A stretch of DNA of 64,000 nucleotides from Octopus vulgaris (Eukaryota), in NCBI GenBank assembly GCA_951406725.2, contig OX597840.1, positions 36,332,001 through 36,396,000 on the forward strand. The letters are read 5' to 3'. Positions 12,696-24,258 of the stretch are shown in pieces. Below the pieces are notes generated by a model. That model saw only the letters and a program-made list of their open reading frames with translations. It ran no database searches and was not told the origin of the DNA. Every line of letters starts with the position of its first letter. Position 1 is the stretch's first letter. Made by a program: the position numbers and the translations under genes.

Positions 12696-13446
12696 ATATA
12701 TATATACGAGAGAGAGAGAGAGAGATTCGTATTTGTCTCCCGCAATCACTTGACAACTGTTACTTAATTTATCGACCCCGAAACGATGAAAGGTAAAGTC
12801 GACCTCGGCGGAATTTGAACTCAGAACGTAGCGGCTGACGAATTACTGCCAAGCATTTCTCCTGACCTGCTAACGTTTCTGTTCGTCGCCTTTTTCCTGA
12901 AAGAAAATTACCAGAGAAATTTCTTCCAAATCTTTCTGTTAACAATTGCAATCTGTTTATCGCGGATTGAATGCTGAGTCAAATCGAAAGAAAACCGTTT
13001 ACTCGTTTCTTTTTGTCATTGAGTATTGGGGTGGTTGTGAGGTGTGCTAAAAATAACAGCTAAATAAGATGTTTTGAGTAAATCTTTTAAACTAACATAA
13101 ATATTTATTTACATGCGACATAACACGTGTTGTTGGATCTTTTCGGTTTGAACGGCACTCTACAGAAATTATCAAATTTACTCCAGGTTAATAATTAAGG
13201 TCCCTTTAAGCCCTAAACTATAAAAGATGCTGAAGGACTTGTTAGAAGTTGAAAGTAGAGTTATCTCCCCTTGTCCCGATTCTCTTCATTTCCTGCTTTT
13301 GTTTCGTCTCTTAATTATGCGATCGGTTTCACTTTACAACTGATATTTATTAGAAAACCCACTTAAATATACGCATGATTGGTAATTAGTTGTGTAAAGA
13401 AATAGACATAGCATTCTTTATTATGTTGACCTGAAAAATATTAATT

Positions 13447-13549
13447 CAACGTTTGCTGTAAAAATCTCTTGAAGCTGTCCAGTCTTGAAGTTCTGACCAA
13501 CATATTGTCACATCTTTCTAATTAGCTTTCCCCAAGTTAATATGTAAGT
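13447..13549 (+). other. Candidate non-coding 5' exon of the right ZNF gene ending at a GTAAGT donor (13544)
   Basis: Perfect donor consensus upstream of the 16849 exon; diverged paralogous copy at about 21875-22012; exon start not defined. Confidence 0.45.
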
Positions 13550-14000
13550 ATCATATTTATATAAACATTTATATTGTATTCGCGTTATTTTACGTAATTC
13601 CGTTTGTTTTGATTCACTAGAATTTCAAATGGACAAGATTCTCTGGAAGATAACATTTTCATCTGTAATAAAGATAAACAATTTATATATTTATATGTTC
13701 CTGTGGGAGTGTGTCAGATCAGGTTTTAAACATATAAACGTACAAATAGTAAAATATAACAGAAATGAAGTGAATATTCGAAACTGAAAATATACCCAGT
13801 TTCTGTAATATACGTTGCGACATAAAAAAAATCATATAACAATAATAATCGTTTCTATTAAAGGCAGAAAGCTTGACATTTTGAGGAGGAGGAGGATGCT
13901 CGGCGATTGCATCGACACCAGTACTTGAGCACTTTATTTCATCGACTCTAAAAACATGAAACGGCTTAAAGACAGACGAAAAGCCGCTAAATAATAATAA

Positions 14001-14283
14001 TGGGACGAGATAGGAAAGTAATGGTGATACCGGTGGTTATTTAAGCATTAAGAGCAGTTTTCAAGTGTCTTGAGAAATATATTAAGAATATTGGAACTGC
14101 TGTCAGGCTCGAAGTGATCCAGAAGACAGCATCGTTGGGTACAGGTCGCATTCTAAGAAGAGTATTGTCTCTGAGTTAGAGGAGAAGGCAATACTTGAAA
14201 CCTTTGGTGATTTGTTATTGTCTGCTTTCAAGTAAAGAACAACCTCAAATAGAACAGCGAGAATCAAAACAATAATAATAATA
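14001..14283 (+). mobile_element. R4/Dong-like 3' end flanked by (TAA)n
   Basis: KVMVIPVVI*AL...LEVIQKTASLGTGRILRRVL; (TAA)n at 13991-14000 and 14271-14283. Confidence 0.75.
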
Positions 14284-14474
14284 TTCTAGCAGAAATGTAT
14301 ATCTGTTGAATTACATAATGTATTTGAGCTAAACGATGTGCTAATAATTGACCTTTTAAATTATGTAGATATTATAGGTGATGGTTGTTAGTCTTATGGG
14401 TAAATTTTGATACTTTCACCCACACGATTTTCACTACGAAAAAAAAATCGCATTTTTTGCATGGAATCAAATAG

Positions 14475-14925
14475 CCTGAACTAATATGCCGCAAACCCCT
14501 TATTTTTGTTCAGAAAATAGTGGGTGGGGTGGGGGGAGGAACCAGACTTCCTCCTATCCCGGAATCATTGGAATTGTTTTTTCCTTTGAATGAATTATGG
14601 TGACCTAATATGCCACAAAACCTTATTTTTGGTCTGGAAAAGGGGATGAGATGGGGTGGAATCCTCGGAAATTTCACCCCCACACCCGTTAGGAAGTGTA
14701 CCTGCACAAAGAAAGAAAAAACTGATTTTTTGCATACAATCAAGTACTCTGATCTAACCTGCCAGAACCCCTTATTTTTGTTTGGAAAAAAGGGTTGGGT
14801 GGGAAACCAGATCACCCCCACCCACCATATCCTGGAATCATTGGAAATTTTTTTTGTTTTCGTTGAATGAATTACGGTGACCTCCTAATATGCTACAAAC
14901 CTCATTTTTTGGTCCAGAAAATGGG
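14475..14925 (+). repeat. Imperfect direct repeat, period about 270 bp, probably a DNA-transposon end
   Basis: AACCCCTTATTTTTGTT...GGAATCATTGGAA...TGAATGAATTA(T/C)GGTGACCT twice. Confidence 0.7.
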
Positions 14926-16842
14926 CAACAAGTCTTGCATGGCTGAGGCAGTAATGCTCGTGCATTAATTACAGTGCACAGTATTGAATATGCCACAAAT
15001 TAAGGCAGTAAAGCTGAGGCTGCCAACCGATGCATGAGGTATTATATGCTTCGATCCTGCAGGAGCGAAAGTGTGGCATACTGGTGCATTGTAAGGGACA
15101 AACAACTTTCCCTATGTATGCATGACTGACCTAAGGTCTTACAGAGACAAGTTATGTTTACAAGGGCGCAGGGAGCATGCAAAACAAACGAGAAAGGCAT
15201 GTGTTTGGGCATGAACGTGATAGAGTTGGTGTAACAATGTGTGCAGATGTGTGCACAAGACCAGGCACTTAGGAATGGTGCATGCGAAGAAAGCAATTGC
15301 AGACATTCAAAAGGAGGACATTTAGCAGAAACCATGGAATAAAAACAGGTGAACAATGCGTATGCAGTGCAAACATAACAAAATAAAATAAGCAAAAATG
15401 ACAAACTTGGTTAGAAAGTGTTCTGGTCCTGAAAAGCTAAAAAGTAGCATTTGAAATGCAAAGTAAATTCAAGTCTATGGCCGTTGAAAACGTTGCATGT
15501 GTGGGCTCCCATATTATCTTCCAATTTCTGGGCATGTAGCTGTCGAAATGATGCATTTATTGGCTGCCATGGTCGGCAAATTCCTTGTGCGTCAGCAGTG
15601 TTGCATTGTTGTGAAGTGCATCATAATGTGGATAGTAGTAGAGAGCTTTTTGTAGTGGGTTGAAGGTGGGTGCATCTTGATGGAGATGAAGGTTGTCATT
15701 ATTTTGCCTTTGGTCTAGCGACTGTTGATATGAAGACTACAGTTCTTTTTTAAGCTGAGGTAGTGAGGAAAAGATAGCAGCTAATGTAGCTTCACAAGGC
15801 AGCAATTCTTTTTTAAACGGGGTCACCAATTTGTAAATTGGTGCCTGTTATGGTGCAACGTCAGGATTACCAATTTGTAACAGTAGAAGTTAATTAGTGT
15901 AACGGTTGAGTTACCAATTTGTAAGGGTAGAAGTTTATTTTTGTAATGGTTGAAGTTTAATTTGTAAACAATAGTATGGAACATCTGAGTCGTGATCAGT
16001 TTGTAACGATTCTTCATTGATTGCCATTATGTAAAGGTGAAAGAACTGATTGAGGTTGTAAAGAAAATATTTATTTTACCATTATATTGTAAAATACCTT
16101 GCCTCAACGGGCAGGTGATAAAATCGTAAAGCACACAAAGTAAAGGTAGATGTAGATTTTCCTTGTATAGTTTGTGTTCTCGTCATTGTGTAGTAGTAAT
16201 TACAGATAGCAATATTGATGTAAGAGAAAATAAAGTGAGAGTGAGAGAGTGTGGGATGAAACAACTGCTTCGTTGGTGGGTTACCATGGTTGTCCTTTTG
16301 TGCCTTTTTCTTTTCATAACTATCCAGAAGGATAGACATATCATTGAGAACAATAGATTTCGTTGGTGGTGCTTGTTATCTTAATTCTAGCTTTTAGTAG
16401 TCTAGGAGAGGTTAGAAGGGTCAAGTGGTGAAGACATTATTTTGCTTAGCTAAGGCATCTGGCAAATGTAAACTGCTGTCAGAAAAACTATTGTTTTACC
16501 GTGAGAAAAGTGCAGTTGAACTGTTAATTTAAATTTGGCTATCTAGGATTGAATTCACACTATACCTGCATGATTCACAACACACACACACACACACACA
16601 TATATACGTGAGTCAACTAAGAGTCCATAACTCGGAAAAGATGCGTTTGTGTAACTGTCAATGGAGTGGGTATATTATCCAAAGCGTACAGTGTTATATG
16701 TCCATCATGGCTGATCTTACCAATCTGTTTCATGCCAGGTGTACAATGGAGTGTTAGGTAACAATCCAATTATATAACCTTTTGCTCATCTCATTTGAAT
16801 CTAATTTTCTCAACTCTCTTCTTTTATTCTGTTTCTCTTTCA

Positions 16843-16883
16843 TTTCAGAACATCAGATGACATTGACAGAAGAGAATTCTTAA
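16843..16883 (+). promoter_or_regulatory. Splice acceptor (AG 16847-16848) of the right ZNF exon plus uORF MTLTEENS* (16857-16883)
   Basis: Long polypyrimidine tract 16803-16846, then cag|AACATCAGATGACATTGACAGAAGAGAATTCTTAA. Confidence 0.75.
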
Positions 16884-17263
16884 CATTACATTCATCATTG
16901 CTATTATCTTTTAATGACGAAGGCAAGATGTTATGCTGAACAAATATAATCCTGTTCACATAAATCCCTGGTGGATTACACTGAATTATTTCTTCTGAGT
17001 GAGATTGAGAAAGAATTATCTCTGTTTCAATGTGTGGAACATGAAAGAGATGGTTTAGTTTTAATTCAATTTCTACAAATTTACAAAAGAATTTTCACCA
17101 TCTTCAGATTATCAAGAAAAACCACAGAAGATGAAAATACTGCAGTAGAAACATATTTCTGATGATTAAACTATAGAGACAAAAACAAGAAAATATCTAT
17201 TGTGATGAGAGAAAAAAAGTTCTACTGAAATGAATTGAAAATTCATTTTTCTTTCCTGAAGAG

Positions 17264-18679
17264 ATGTCAAAAGCGAAAGGAATATTATTGTATGAATGTG
17301 ACATCTGTAAAAAATCCTTCTCTCAAAAATGCAACCTCACAACTCACAAATATATTCATACAGGAGAAAAACGACATCACTGTGATGTCTGTGGTAAATC
17401 GTTTTCACAAAATACTCACTTAACTAGACACAAACGTATTCATACAGGAGAGAAACCATATCACTGTGATATCTGTGGTAGATCATTCGCTGAAGGAAGC
17501 AACTTAGCTAAACATAAGTACATTCATACAGGAGAGAAATCACATCATTGTGACATTTGTGGTAAAACATTCTCTCAGGCAGGTGCCTTAACTACACACA
17601 AACGTATTCATACAGGAGACAAACCATATAATTGTGAAGTCTGTGGTAAATCATTCTCTCGAAATAATACCTTGACTATACACAAATATATTCATACAGG
17701 ACAGAAACCATATAAATGTGATATCTGTGGTAAATCATTCTCTCAAAGTGATACCTTAAATAAGCACAAATATATTCATACAGGTGAGAAACCATATCAT
17801 TGTAAAATCTGTGGAGAATCATTCTCTCAATATAATCTCTTAAATCGACACAGAAGCATTCATACTGGCCAGAAACCATACGACTGTGATATTTGTGGTA
17901 AATCATTCCCTGAAGGAAGCAGCTTAGCTAAGCACATACTCATTCATACAGGAGAGAAACAATATCACTGTGATATCTGTGGGCAATCCTTTTCACAAAA
18001 ACCTCACTTAAACAACCACAAGCGCATTCATACAGGAGAGAAACCGTATTGCTGTGATATCTGTGGCAAATCATTCTCTCATACAGGTAGCTTAACTACA
18101 CACAAATACACACACACGGGAGAGAAACCATATCGTTGTGATGTCTGTGGTAAATCATTCTCTCAGAAAAGTAATCTATCCACACACAAATATATTCATA
18201 CTGGAGAGAAGCCATATCACTGTGATATCTGTGGTAAATCATTCTCTGGAGGAAGTACCTTAACAAACCACAAACGTAGTCATACAGGTGACAAACCATT
18301 TCATTGTGATATCTGTGGTAAATCATTCTCTAAAAATGACACTTTGACCAAACATATCCGCATTCATACAGGAGAGAAACCATATCCGTGCGACGTCTGT
18401 GGCAAATCATTCTCAAAAAATAGTCATTTAACTAGACACAAACATACTCATACAAGAGAGAAACCATATCGCTCTGATATCTATGGTAAATTATTCTCCA
18501 AAGAAGGCCACTTAACTAATCACAAACACATTCAAACTGAAGACAGACCATATCACTGTGGTATTTGTGGTAAATCATTCTCTGAACAAAGCAGCTTAAC
18601 GAGGCATAAACGTATTTTTAGCAATAATAAATGCTGGACACCAATGTTTAACAAGACAAGTTTGGACGAAGAAGATTAA
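17264..18679 (+). CDS. Tandem C2H2 zinc-finger protein (471 aa; 14 canonical fingers plus 2 degenerate C-terminal fingers), single coding exon
   Basis: HTGEKPY linkers; unit 15 has S..Y in place of C..C and lacks the last His; unit 16 lacks the last His. Confidence 0.95.
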   Translation: MSKAKGILLYECDICKKSFSQKCNLTTHKYIHTGEKRHHCDVCGKSFSQNTHLTRHKRIHTGEKPYHCDICGRSFAEGSNLAKHKYIHTGEKSHHCDICGKTFSQAGALTTHKRIHTGDKPYNCEVCGKSFSRNNTLTIHKYIHTGQKPYKCDICGKSFSQSDTLNKHKYIHTGEKPYHCKICGESFSQYNLLNRHRSIHTGQKPYDCDICGKSFPEGSSLAKHILIHTGEKQYHCDICGQSFSQKPHLNNHKRIHTGEKPYCCDICGKSFSHTGSLTTHKYTHTGEKPYRCDVCGKSFSQKSNLSTHKYIHTGEKPYHCDICGKSFSGGSTLTNHKRSHTGDKPFHCDICGKSFSKNDTLTKHIRIHTGEKPYPCDVCGKSFSKNSHLTRHKHTHTREKPYRSDIYGKLFSKEGHLTNHKHIQTEDRPYHCGICGKSFSEQSSLTRHKRIFSNNKCWTPMFNKTSLDEED

Positions 18680-19330
18680 CTTGAATGCATGTGGATAAGG
18701 ACCAGAATAATGCTTTTCTACTCTCGGCACAAGTCAGTGGGGTATTAAACTGTAGTTATGCCTTTTTTCAGTAAAAGTTAACATTAACGGGGGAGGGGGA
18801 TAGTCGACTACATTGACCACTGCTCAACTAGCACTTATGTGTGTGCATGTATGTATAACATGCCATTTAGAGTGGTCATCAAAAATGGCAGCAACTGAAA
18901 GATATATTCATATATTAATAGTTGAAAGTAAGATCCAGAATGATTTTCACATGTTTAAGTGTGTGTGTATATATATATATATACACACACACACATACAT
19001 ACATGCAATGAAAAGTAGGTCTGGTGTGATTGTTGAAATACTTGATTGGAGCCAGGCTTTGAATGATGACCAGAATGTAACTGGGAACTTGTCTCTCATG
19101 TCAGTTCACAGTGTCTACCTTTCCAGTCTCTGTTGTTGAAAAGCAGACAACCATTCCGAAGTGCATGCATCCCACAATCTGGTTTGCGAGCAGTTTGAGC
19201 TGATTCTGTATTTACACCTATTTGTCTACTTCCAGAAATTTTCTCTTATGACAAAATACAGTGAATGATGGAATATGTCTCAAGTATATTTGAACTGATA
19301 ACAAGTTTGTATTCCTACATAACACAGCTT

Positions 19331-19430
19331 NNNNNNNNNNNNNNNNNNNNNNNNNNNNNNNNNNNNNNNNNNNNNNNNNNNNNNNNNNNNNNNNNNNNNN
19401 NNNNNNNNNNNNNNNNNNNNNNNNNNNNNN
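19331..19430. other. Assembly gap (100 N)
   Basis: Run of n. Confidence 1.
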
Positions 19431-20659
19431 AATGCTGTCACCGCATTTCTTTTCATTTCCAGTGGGCCACAGTCATTGAATGGTGACAGGAATATCATAA
19501 GGGTGACCTGTCTCGCATGGGAGTTTGCAGCATCTGCCTTTCTGGTCTCTGTTGTTGAATGGGAGATAGCCACCCCAAAAAGCATGCATTCAACAATGTA
19601 GTTAAGGGTCACTGTGAGCTGACTCGGTGTATTTACATCTATTTGCCTAACATGAGAAATTTTCTCCATGACAAAATACGGTAAATGGGTTTCTTATGGG
19701 TTCAAATTTGCTACAAAAGTTTGTTTTAGTGTGTGTATGTGCAGTTTACTTCACAACAACATTAGCAGATGCAGTCTTAATAAAAGAAGGCAGAGATTAG
19801 TATTATCATAGATAATAGTATTAGTAATAATGAAGAATTATTAGATATACATCTTTTCAGTGTTTCTCAAACTTTATTCTGCATTCCACATCAACATCTG
19901 TTCACTGTCCTCCCTCCGTGATTTATTCTTTTACTTGTTTCAGTCATGTGGCTGTGGCCATCCTGGAGCACCGTCCTAAAGGGTTTTTTAGTCAAAGAAA
20001 TCAACTCCAGGACTTATTCTTTGTAAACCTAGTACTTATTCTATCAGTGTCTTTTGCTGAACTGCTAAGTTACGGGTACATAAACACACCAACATCGGTT
20101 GTCAAGCATTGGTTGGGAACAAAGACACACACATAAATATTTACATATATATCATCATCATCATCATCATCGTTTAACGTCTGCTTTCCATGCTAGCATG
20201 GGTAGGCTTCTTTCAGTTTCAGTCAGCCAATCCACTCACAAGGCTTTGGTCAACCCAAGGCTATAGTTAAAGACACTTGCCTATGGTGCCACACAGTCGT
20301 CTTTACAACCCAATTTAATAGTTGCATCCTTAAGAATTAACATAAAGAATAAAATAAATTGAGCTAAAATAGTGCGATTAATGATAGATAAGTTTTCAGC
20401 TTCAAAAGATTGGGAACACTTTTACCACCAATCTTATAGTTTTGCTTTTCATTTTGACGCTTAACAATTTTGCTTTTTTATGCTGCTGTTATTTTACTGA
20501 TGTCTTCTGCTGTCTTGGCAATCCTTCCTTAACAAATGGTGAAAATTAAGTCACACACTCCATCGTCTTTCCAGTTCATGTTTGATCATCTCCTCAGCCT
20601 ACACCCGAGCATCAGAAATACAATAGAATTTTAGGCAATAGGGCAATTTGGTACAAGTA

Positions 20660-21818
20660 TTAGGTTGTTTCACATGAAATGTCGCATTTTTAATTACTTG
20701 TTAATTCAGTCATTTAAAAACTCAGTTATATATAATTTGCATTTAATTTTGACTCTTTTTCTTTCCCAATAATATTGATATACAAAATTCGTACCCACAG
20801 ACCTTATGAAAACGGTAACAACCAAACTATGTTGAGTGATTTTCTCGTATGAGTAGAAAGTGGGTCACTCTGCTGCAGAAGCTCTACGGAATATCAAGTG
20901 GGCCTTTGGTAACTGTTTAGAGATAGTTCCAAAGCTCTCATTCATGAGATGATAGCCTTGAAAATAAACCAAGGTGTAGGCCAAAATCAGTTATTTGGCA
21001 TTGAATGCCCTGGTTGAACAAAATCCAGGAACAAAAGTTGGAAAACTTTCATCAGAACTCCAAACATCTCACACAACTGTTTTTGGACACCTGTAAAAAA
21101 ATTGGAAAATGGATGGGTGTGTTCCTCATCAACTGAACAAGATTAAAAAAAACAGATCCCTCGAAGTGTGCTCTTTATTGCTTTCTCGACTGGAGAAAGA
21201 CCATTTTTGCATCAAATTATTAGATATGATAAGAAATGGATACTCTTTGACAACAGCAGGAGAGGATAGTGATTAGATGCAGGAAAATCACCTAACCATT
21301 ACCCAAACCCACCATTGCATCATAAAAAGTTAGTGGTCACTGTTTTGTGGTCTGCAAAGGGAGGTATTCATTATTCATTTTTCCAACAAGGACAAGTGGT
21401 AACAGCAACATCATATTGCCAGGAAATTGATTTTTTGCTTGAGAATTTGAAAAAGAAGCAACCCAGACCAGTGAATAGAGATGGATTAATTTTTAAAGCA
21501 TGAATTATAAGATTTTGCAACATCCTCCCTATTCTCCTGATATCTCTCCTATTGATCATCACTTGTTTAAGCATTTTGAGCTTCTCATAAGCAATAAACA
21601 TTCTTAGATAGAGAAGAAGTAATTGAAGCATTGGACAGTTTATCACAGCCAAAGGATGAATTTTTTGTTGAAGATGGAATATACGACACAGAGAAACGTT
21701 GGGAAAATGTCACAAATGAACATGGATCATACTTTGATTAAATAAATCAGTTCTCTAACACGTCTGAAACATTTTATTGTTACCTTTCAAATACAACATT
21801 TCATATGAAACAACCCAA
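20660..21818 (+). mobile_element. Decayed near-full-length mariner transposon
   Basis: TIRs TTAGGTTGTTTCACATGAAATGT / ACATTTCATATGAAACAACCCAA, TA on both flanks; DKKW, LHHKKLVVTVLW and HPPYSPDISPID remnants. Confidence 0.85.
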
Positions 21819-22302
21819 TATACCAGACTAAATGTTATGTCAATGGATTCTTCTCTGCTTCCGAGTTGCCATCTACAATATTTGTTGTAAAAATCTAGAA
21901 ATTCTCTTGAAGCTGTCATTGTCCACTGACTACTTGAACATATTGTCCCATCTTCCTCCTAGACTCTCTATATTAATAAGTATTATATTTATATAAACAT
22001 TTATATTGTATACATTATATATTCCGTACATGTCTTTAAGTGTATTTAATGAAACACAATCTGAAGAAATAAACCAGTTCTGTCTGATATCTCAGTCATT
22101 TGTAATCTCCTCCATAAGGTTCAACGTTGAATGAAATCAGAATTAGCTGATCCTCTTGTATTTTCTTTTACTCTCAGACAGGAAATCTTCAACACCCCCT
22201 CATATGAGATAATGTGTGAGACCTCTACGTAATAGCTAGGACTGGTAGAAATAGCAACCAAAATTTACCTCAGATCACACCCTACTGTCTTATCTATAGA
22301 TG

Positions 22303-22521
22303 TATGACAGAGTGCTGAAAAGTCCCTGGCTTTAAGTGTATAGCAAAAGGGCTGGTTGCAGGCCCAATCTTCTGAGTTCTTTTACAGAGCTTAGAAAAAC
22401 TGAAGGACCATTGCAATAAGTGTGTGAATCTGAGGGGAATATTTTTAGTAAAATCATACTTAACAGATCCTCCTGTATTTTCTTTTACCCGACACCAGGA
22501 ACTTTTCAACACACCCTCATA
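22303..22521. mobile_element. Mariner-type MITE
   Basis: Imperfect TIRs TATGACAGAGTGCTGAAAAGTCCCTGG / CCAGGAACTTTTCAACACACCCTCATA. Confidence 0.6.
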
Positions 22522-22539
22522 TATATGTATTTATTCACC

Positions 22540-22726
22540 ATGTTGGACCACTTACTCTACATGTTTTTTTTTTCATTCTTTATATATTCCTTCATATAAC
22601 TTTCTGTTGAAGAGCATAGGCTCAAAATGTAAAAGAATTTTTCCTAGTGTCAAACTAATACACTTGCTTGTTGTCCTACACCTGTCTTTGTCTTTTGTTT
22701 TTCTATGAAACTGAACTATGTATGTG

Positions 22727-22761
<35 letters not shown>

Positions 22762-23215
22762 GGAGATTTCATGAAAAAACAAAATACGAAGACAGGTGGT
22801 ATAGAAAACAAACATGTATTAGTATAACGCTCAGGAATTGAAAAAGTCTTTTACGTTTCGAGCCTATCCTCTTTTACAGAAAGAAACAAGGAGAGAAAAA
22901 ACATGTGTGTAGTGGCTACCGATCTATCATATATATATATGGCTGCTTATATTAATTTTTTGTAGATGCATTAGCATTTCACTAATACAACCATAAATTT
23001 TTATGGTATATATATATATATATATATACGCCATGATAGATTGTTAGCCACTACACACATTTTTTTCTCTCCTTGTTTTCTGTGTCCCTTTCTGTAGAAG
23101 AGCATAGGCTCAAAACATAAAAGACTTTTTCTATTCCTGAGCGTTATACTAATACATCTGTTTGTTTTCTATACCACCTGTCTTCGTCTTTTGTTTTTTT
23201 CGTAAACTCTCCCCA
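22540..23215. mobile_element. Three Penelope-like terminal-repeat copies (+,-,+); related copy at 6585-6835
   Basis: Shared GAAGAGCATAGGCTCAAAAC...ACACCTGTCTTCGTCTTTTG; 22773-22930 and 23033-23200 are inverted; separated by (TA)n. Confidence 0.6.
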
Positions 23216-23699
23216 TATATATATATATATATATATCATCATTATCATCATATATATATATATACATTTGACCGTTATCAGCAAATCGTTTGTGCAGTTC
23301 ATTTGGCAAATGCTAAACACTCATATGTCGTCTTCAACAGGAGAGTCTATTGTGTGTGTGTGTGTGTGTGTAAAATGAGAGAGAGAGAGAGAGAAAGATA
23401 CTTAAACAGATACATCATCATCATTTAACATCCATTGTCCATGCTGGCATAGGTTGAATGGTTTGACCAGGACTGGTTAGCTGAGGGGTTGTGCCATTGG
23501 CATGGGTCCCAGTTACGTAACACTGACATTGGTCACATTGCCCCTATGAGGCCCAGCACTTGAATGGTGGTTTTTATGTGCCACCACCATGGGTACCAGT
23601 TACATGACACCAGTATCGGCCACAACTACAATTTCACTTGACTTCACGGGTCTTCTCAAGCACAGCTTATCACCAAACGTCTCGGTCACTAGTCATTGT

Positions 23700-23855
23700 G
23701 CCTTTGCACACAGTCTTGAGTGTGAAACAGTTTTTGACCAAAAATGGCAAGACTAGGTTTACTCACCCTCTCTATTCCCCCAATCTTATTCAATGCAACT
23801 TTCTTTTTGTTCCTCTGAATGAAAAAAGTCCTTAAAGGAAAACGCTTTCCAGATA
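23700..23855 (+). mobile_element. Mariner transposase C-terminal fragment
   Basis: HTVLSVKQFLTKNGKTRFTHPLYSPNL...KGKRF. Confidence 0.65.
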
Positions 23856-24082
23856 TTATGAGAAAGAGAGAGAGAGAAATAGTGTTCACATGTTTTATTG
23901 TTGCATGTTGTTTCTAATATGTATTCTTAGATTTGTCCAGTTTGTAGAAAAAACCCCAAAAATATGAGAGTTCTAATTCTGGCAGATTTGATATTGTTAC
24001 GATGTAAATGTTGATCTTTGTGTCTGATCAGGGATGGTGGTAACAAGATGTGATTAATAACAGGACAAAAAGAAACGGTTGA

Positions 24083-24258
24083 TCAATGTTTAATAATAAT
24101 AATCTTTTTCTCAATTTGTTTCCTACACAAATGACACTTGTGAAGTCGTTCTCCACATTCTTTACAAGTGGTATGGCCACATTCAAAGACCATGTTCCAA
24201 CGCCGCTCCATACATATTGTACATGTACACGTGGTTTGGTCGTCCGCTTGGGATCCAT
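24083..24258 (-). CDS. ANK-RING gene last exon, C-terminal RING-HC finger 2
   Basis: CTICMERRWNMVFECGHTTCKECGERLHKCHLCRKQIEKKIIIIKH*, closely resembling the terminal RING of Mind bomb proteins. Confidence 0.9.

Noticed and set aside
14432-14450. CACTACGAAAAAA resembling a CACTA terminal repeat
   Set aside because: No matching opposite end or transposase found
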